DNA of 64,000 bases, taken from NCBI RefSeq assembly GCF_009914755.1, contig NC_060933.1. The stretch is one strand, 5' to 3'. The stretch is from the human T2T-CHM13v2.0 reference genome, Homo sapiens. Under the pieces are notes generated by a model. That model worked only from the letters and a program-made list of their open reading frames with translations, was not told the DNA's origin and searched no databases. Made by a program: the position numbers and the translations under genes. This document shows, piece after piece, positions 55,925 through 64,000 of this stretch (the stretch's first letter is position 1; every line of letters begins with the position of its first letter).

Positions 55925-56906
55925 TTAGCTGGGCATTATGGCACATGCCTGTAATGCCAGCTGCTCAGGAGAATGAGGCACAAGGCACGAGAATTGCTTG
56001 AACCCGGGAGGTCAAGGCTGCAGTGAGCCGATATGGCGCCACTGCACTCCAGCCTGGGCAACAGAGTAAGACTCTGTCTCAAAAAACAAACAAATAAATA
56101 AAATAAAATAAAAACAAGTATTGTCTCTGAGGTGATCTGATGATCTGTTCGTTAGTTCACATTACATATAAACTTCAAGGGGAATCTATGTATTGTTCAT
56201 ACAGCCTTCCATTAATATATTGCAATTGGGATTTAAACAATTGAATCTAAATAAAAAATTTACTATATGGCTAAAATGTTTTCACGATAATTCATAATAT
56301 GGAGGTATTTTGATACATTAGGGACACAAGACTGCCCTCAGTGCCATGAGTCCAGTTGATTTTCTAGTAGGCTCTCTTCACTTTCCAAGACTGTGAAGCA
56401 CTTAATGGATTCACATAGTGCTTTACAGCTTTTGAAGTGTTTTGACATTTTACATTATCTTCCTTAAAATTAAAAAGTGCTCAGTGAAGTTAGCAAGGTT
56501 AGTATATCCACTTCAGTTCTTCAGGTTAAAAAAAAGTCATACTCTAATTCACAATGGTAAAGAAATGTTATTTGTGCATCTGCAAATTCTGAAGAAAATG
56601 GATTTCAGGTTTCCAGATTTTTTATTCTGGTGCACAAGATTTCTAATATAGCATATGGCTTCCAAAAGACCCTAGCTGCTTGATTGTGGACATATTTCTT
56701 AACCGCTATGCTTCAGTTTCCACATCTGTAACAATGAGGTATTAATAGTACCTATTCATTGAATTATTATAAGTATTTATTAATACATGTGAAGCTCTTA
56801 AGACAGTGTGTAGCTCACATTACTGTTCTAAGTAAGTGTTAGGTTGCATATTTATTATTTTAGCATATCCAATTTACTTGTAAGGATGGTTGGGATCCTG
56901 ACGTTA

Positions 56907-57344
<438 letters not shown>

Positions 57345-57849
57345 TCACATTCCATCTGTCCTCACAATGTTCACCCCAGTGAGAAACGAGTTCAAGCGCG
57401 TGGTAAGCGGTGTCGATATATTTTTAAAATTCTGTTATCAGTATAATGTAACAGAAAATTCAGCATATTAGCCCAACTTTGCTCACTGGTGTGAAGATAT
57501 GCCCAATCTTTCTTAGCTAAGACGTTAGAGAAAACGCCACAAGGGACCCAGCTGGGAGCTCTGCAGGAAGTTTAAAAAAAAAATCATTCAGCTTTGCAAA
57601 ACATCTGATGCTCAACCATCTGTCTTTGGCAGTACAGGGGCTTAAGGTCTGGTTGGTTCCTTCTGACACCTCGGAAGGCGGAGTTACAGAGGAAAAGCAA
57701 CAAGTTGTAGGAAGTTAACTTATCTAGTCTCAGACGCTGGAGGCACCTGCATTTCTAGTCACTTCAGTTCTGGCCAAACTGTTATCAACTCTAGTTTCTG
57801 AGGGACCGCCAGCCCAGGATTCCTATTGGGGTCACCTTTGTGCCTCCCT

Positions 57850-59500
57850 ATCTTAAGAGCACACTTGGGCGGGTCGGGGCGGGACGTGCTGGGTGTAGGT
57901 GACTCAACACCGGACAGTTTTGCTTCCAGAGGCTGACACGCTCCTGCGCGGTAGTTGTTAAAGGGTTGGGACACGAAGATACTCTTCGCCTATTCGGGAT
58001 CTCCCATTGTGGGAAGGAGGCTCAGTGGTCCCGGCCACCGGGTGAAGGGAGAACGGGAACACAGCGCTGTCATCGCCGGAGAGCTGCGAGCCCCGACTTT
58101 CTCGCCAGGCTCTCCAGTACATTCCGAGGCTCCACCCCGGTAACGCCACGCTGACGTCCGCGCGTCGGAGGCCGCCATAGGTGCGCGTCGGCGCCCAGGA
58201 GGACGTGTGGCGCGTGGACTGCATCAGGTCCAGCCCTGCGGGACCCCAGCCAGCGCTTCCGGGCAAGGTTCTGTGCACCTGTTTTCTCCTTCTACGCGAG
58301 TATCTTTCCCCTCCGGAAAGAATGGGATATGCCTGTGTCCAAAGGACAAGAAGATGCGCGCCAGCAAGCCTAAGTTAACCACAGCGCGGAAGTTGAGCCC
58401 AAAGCAAGAGCGTGCCGGGCACCTTTAAGCTGTTTGTAAGCCCACGTGACTCACCAAGTGCGGGCCCCAGCGGTCACGTGACGGCGCGCGCGCCCTCGCG
58501 CAGGGAGAGCCGGCGGTGCGCGCGCCTTCGCCGCTGCCTCCCACCCACCCCCTCGACGGGAGGGTGAGGCGCGGCGCAGTGATCGGGCGGCCGGGGTCCT
58601 GTGCGCGTGCGCAGCGAACAGCTGTCACCTAGTGCGGAACAAGTCTCCCAAATTTCCCAAATCTCCCTGGGCCGGAGGCCACTGTCTTCTCTTCCTTCTC
58701 CACCGAGTCGTGCTCTCGCCCCAACCCGCGCGCCAGGTAACCGCTTTTCCGGAGTCTGGGGGCCAGGGCGGGGGGAGGGTCCGGAGAGGTCTTCCCGGCA
58801 CTGCCCCCCTCCGCGTGGGGCACGGGGGTGCGGGCGTCCGGGCGAGCGGCGACGCTGGGGCAGAGACGCTCCGTCCGTGACTGCAGCGACTGTCAAGCTG
58901 GGGAGGGAGCGGCCGGCCGCGGCCGCAGGGGAGGGATGCGGGGGCCGGTGACAGCCCGCTCCGGCCCTTACCGAGGTTCGGTACCCGCGCTTGCCGTTTT
59001 CCCGGGATCCGGAGTCGGGGTCGCCTCCTTGGGGCAGAGGAGCGCTCGGGCGGTCCTGGGATGCGGACCTCTTAACGCCGCCAGTCGGTCTGTGGCGGAC
59101 TCCAGGAAGGCCGGGCCTGGTGCACCCCTCGGGGCCCTCCCTTCCCTGGGAGTGTCACGACCCGCGGGGTGAGGGTGGGAGCTCCTCTCCTGACCACCCG
59201 TTGCAGGCAGTCATCCCGTCATTCGGGGTCGTCTTCAGCCCTCGCGGCTGTCCTTTTGGTGTTTCTTTCCCCCGGCATGGGGCCATTTCTTCCTGCAGTG
59301 CCTGGAGGAACCATGATGCGGTGTAGACGGCGGGTGCTTAAATAAATGCGAGTTGGATTAGGGCGCGTGGACTGCCAGGCACAGAACGTGGCGTGGAGTG
59401 GGGACGTGGAGGAGGGAGCCAGACAGGCCGGGGCTGTAGGCAGGAGCTTGGGGTTTTCCTCTGTGCTCCGCCAGTAAAGCCAGCAGCCGGGATTCAGATG
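57850..59500 (+). promoter_or_regulatory. KDM4C: KDM4C main promoter CpG island
   Basis: Strong CpG island. GC box, CRE-like site 58151-58159, E-boxes CACGTGAC (58443-58450) and GTCACGTGAC (58473-58482), NRF1 motif TGCGCGTGCGCA (58602-58613). Confidence 0.9.
58171..58736 (+). other. KDM4C: KDM4C non-coding exon 1 (5' UTR; TSS variable, start approximate)
   Basis: Matches my recollection of the KDM4C mRNA 5' UTR ending CCAACCCGCGCGCCAG. Donor CAG|GTAACC at 58736/58737. Confidence 0.85.
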
Positions 59501-60539
59501 CTTTCCGCGTGGACTTGATGCTGGGCTCCCCCTTTGCTGCGCGGTGCAAGCCTGCGCTGGCTGGCTCTGATTGTGGGCAATACTACCGGGAGGGGTTTTG
59601 TCAGGTTCCTTCTTCCGGAAGAGACAAGGTAAACTTTTTTTTGCGCTTGATAAACTAACCCCGAGAGGTGATTTATAAAGCACTGTTCGGAAATGTAGGT
59701 TAGAAAAGCAGAGTCACTTTTATCCTGGTGAAAGTTACTAGTAGGTTCCGGCCACTTAGGTTCACACTAAACTCTGCCCTATTTTCACCCATTTCAGTTT
59801 GCGGTATTTAAAAAAATGTCTAAATTCCGGGCAGCTTGGCTTTACTGTTTCTATGGCAACGGTGACTAATATTCTCATTTCGAAGTGTTGTGGTTGAAAA
59901 CTAGTGGTTTTAATTTTTAAAGGTCCATTTTTTATTAGGAAGCAGTCGGCTCTGCTTTGCGATTATCGCTTGCTTTCTTACCTTGCTGGCCTCCGCGCAA
60001 CCCGCCCATAGTTTGTTTTGGAACGGATTACACGGTTGTTCGGGTTTTTTAGGTGCTTTTTCTCCCAATTTCAGTGTTATGAAAAGTTTTCACATAAGCT
60101 TTACAGTATCCCGCAAACTTGGTAATACAGTACAATTTAAACCGAAGACTTATTTCTTTTTATTAACAGACTTTAGTCAGTTGCTTTTCTAAAGTTGAAA
60201 ATCAGACCCGGCGCCGTGGCTCCTGCCTGTAATCCCAACACTTTGGGAGGCCGAGGCGGGTGTATCACCTGAGGTCAGGAGTTCAAGACCAGCCTGGCCA
60301 AAATGGCGAAACCTCGTCTGTACTAAAAATTCAAAAATTAGCCAGGCATGGTGGCAGGCGCCTGTAATCCCAGCTGAGGCAAGAGAATCACTTGAATCCT
60401 GGAAGTGGAGGTTGCCGTGAGCCGAGATGGCACCACTGCACTCCAGCGTGGGTGACAGACTGAGACTCCATCTCAAAAAAAAAAAAAAGTAAAAATATAA
60501 ATAAATAAATAAATAAATAAATAAAAGCTTTTAGTAAAT

Positions 60540-60973
60540 GAATAGTCTTGTGCAACCATCACCACAATGAATTTTTGAATTTTTTTAATCCCCAAAAGAA
60601 GCTCTGTTCCTATTAGCTGTCATTGCCTAGTTCCCTCCAATTCTATCCCCTTCTGTCCCTAGGCAACCACTAATCTGCTGTCTGTCTCAATAGATTTGGC
60701 TATTCTGGACATTTTATATACATGGAATAATACACTATCTGGTCTTCTGTGAGTGACTTCTTTCACTTGGCATAATGTTTTTTAAGGTTCATCCATGTTG
60801 CAGCCTGTATCAGTACTTCATTCCTTTTAATGGCTAATATTCTATTATGGATACATCACATTTTGTTTATTCATCAGTTGGTAGACATTTGTGTTATCTC
60901 TGCTTTTGGCTGAGTAATGCTATGAATATTTGTGAACTAGTTTTTGTGTGGACGCGTGTTTTCTCTACTCTTG

Positions 60974-61015
<42 letters not shown>

Positions 61016-61030
61016 GTAATTGCTAGGTTA
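60540..61030 (-). mobile_element. L1M (L1MB-like) 3' fragment ending in a (TA)n repeat (about 60977-61012)
   Basis: TTGTGCAACCATCACCAC...GGCAACCACTAATCTG...GGTTCATCCATGTTG. Confidence 0.75.
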
Positions 61031-61082
61031 AACATCTGTTGAATGACTGCATGCGTAAGGAGGGATAGTTAGTCTTGGGTGA

Positions 61083-61313
<231 letters not shown>

Positions 61314-61444
61314 TAGCCAGGATGGTCTCGATCTCCTGACCTCGTGATCTGCCCACCTCAGCCTCCCAAAGTGCTGGGATTACAGGCGTGAGCCACCGTG
61401 CCTGGCTTGGTGATACTCTTTCAAGCCTTGAAGGGGCCTGTTGA

Positions 61445-61726
<282 letters not shown>

Positions 61727-62644
61727 TAGAGACAGGGTTTCACCATGTTGTTCAGGCTGGTCTCGAACTCCTGACCTCAGGTGATCCGCCCACCTTGGAC
61801 TCCCAAAGTGCTGGGATTACAGGTGTGAACCACTGTGCCCGGCCTCTGGATGTCAGTATTAAGATCATCCTGTTCTTTTTTTTTTTGGAGACAGGGTGTA
61901 ACTCTGATGCCCAGGCTGGAGTGCAGCAGTGACAGTCTCAGCTCACTGTAACCTCTCTGTCTGCTGTGCTCTGGCAGTCCACCAGCCCCAGCCTCTCAAG
62001 TAGGTGGGACTACAGGTACATGCCATCATGCCTGGCTGATTTTTGTGGTCTTGCCATGGTACCTAGGCTGGTCTGAAACTCCCGGGCTCAAGCAGTCCGC
62101 TTGCCCCAGCCTCCCAAAGTGCTAGGATGACAGGCGTGAGCCACTGCACCTGGCCTGATCATCCCTTCCTGTTAGCACAGTCTTTATACTGCTCATGGTT
62201 ATTCCCTTGATATTCACTTATTTGCTCTATATTTAGTGATAAGATAGGTACATTCTGTACTTTGATTAAGCTCAATATCTACTGAAAAATGTGTGTTCCC
62301 TTTTGTTAAATATTAGTATTTAATGCTTCTCTCCCAACCTCTGTCTCTTTTTTCTTTTTCTTTTTGAGATGGAGTCTCCCTCTGTCGCCCAGGCTGGAGT
62401 GCAGTGGCATGATCTCGGCTCACTGCAACCTCCGACTCCCTGGAGTGATTCTCCTCCTCAGCCTCCCGAGTAGCTGGGATTACAGGCACGCCCAACTAAT
62501 TTTTTTCGTATTTTTAGTAGAGACGGGGTTTCACCGTGTTGGCCAGGATGGTCTCGATCTCCTGACCTCGTGATCCGCCTGCCTCGGCCTCCCAAAGTGC
62601 TGGGATTACAGGTGTGAGCCATCATGCCTGCCCATTTTTCTGTT

Positions 62645-62852
62645 TTTATTATACTTTAAGTTCTAGGGTACATGTGCGCAACGTGCAGGTTTGTTACATA
62701 GGTATACATGTGCCATGTTGGTTTGCTGCACTGATCAACTCGTTGTTTACATAAGGTATTTCTCCTAACACTATCCCTCCCCCAGCCCCCCACCCCACAA
62801 CAGGCCCTGGTGTGTGATGTTCCCCTCCCTGTGTCCATGTGTTCTCATTGTT
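62645..62852 (-). mobile_element. L1PA 3' end fragment
   Basis: TATTATACTTTAAGTTCTAGGGTACATGTGC...CCCTGGTGTGTGATGTTCCCCTCCCTGTGTCCATGTGTTCTCATTG. Confidence 0.9.
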
Positions 62853-63176
62853 CCTTCTTTTCTTTTTCAGTTAAAAAAATTTCTTTTTGTAGAGATGGGG
62901 TCTCAGTGTGTTGCTCAGGCTAGTCTCAAAATTCTGGGCTCAAGTGATCCTTCTGACTTGGCCTCCCACAGTTCTGGGATTACAGGTGTGAGCCACTGTG
63001 CTTGGCCTGCAAGCTCTATTTCTGTTATGAATTTCTTAGGAGGTGTATCATAATTAAAGTCACAGTATCTTTTTTATCGCTACAAATGTAGACCATTTTG
63101 TGGAGCCTAAAATATAATTTTATAATATAAATACAATATATATTAGGTCATTGTCTTTATATTATATAATATATAA

Positions 63177-63732
<556 letters not shown>

Positions 63733-64000
63733 TAACTCTCAGCTCTGTGTGTGACTGCCCAGCCAGTCTCCTTCCTACCAAACTCATCTTTCTTCCTAGT
63801 TCCCTGAATGGGCTTGGTACTCTGCCCATGCTGTTGTTCCCTGTGCCTGGACTGCTACCCCAGTTGCACTTCTTTGATTGATTCCATCTCATTCTTCAGG
63901 AAGCTCAGCTCAGTTGTCAACTTCTTCAAGTTAGTGTTCTCTCAATCCTGCACACTGGCCATAGCAGCATTCTGTAGTCTCCTTCATAGTCTTAAGCAAT

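Noticed and set aside
57759-59683. Overlapping ORFs in the main CpG island
   Set aside because: GC-rich artefacts. The canonical KDM4C ATG lies in a downstream exon outside this window.

Overview
Human genomic DNA (it carries a human-specific AluYg6), roughly half Alu by eye. I recognise it as the 5' region of KDM4C (9p24.1, + strand). It contains the alternative upstream coding exon (MKHYGLPWKRTEEAAA, 19640-19688) and the main CpG-island promoter and non-coding exon 1 (donor at 58736). Between them lie processed pseudogenes of RBMX (perfect 16-bp TSD), PRELID3B and SNRPE (ORF still intact), plus many LTR, L1 and DNA-transposon remnants. Almost all listed ORFs are Alu artefacts. Main hunt results: (1) the second CpG island at about 14.4-15.4 kb and its upstream flank form an ancient, collinear, diverged duplicate of the KDM4C main promoter, and probably drive the distal exon, which has a splice acceptor; (2) a heavily decayed minus-strand remnant at 23.9-25.4 kb resembles the MTG/ETO NHR2-NHR3-MYND region once the inserted repeats are removed; (3) two A-tailed inserts with a core of about 45 nt begin at the predicted TSS of MER57 LTRs; (4) several small local duplications and inversions. 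Gene and repeat identifications and all alignments were done by eye from memory and need computational confirmation.
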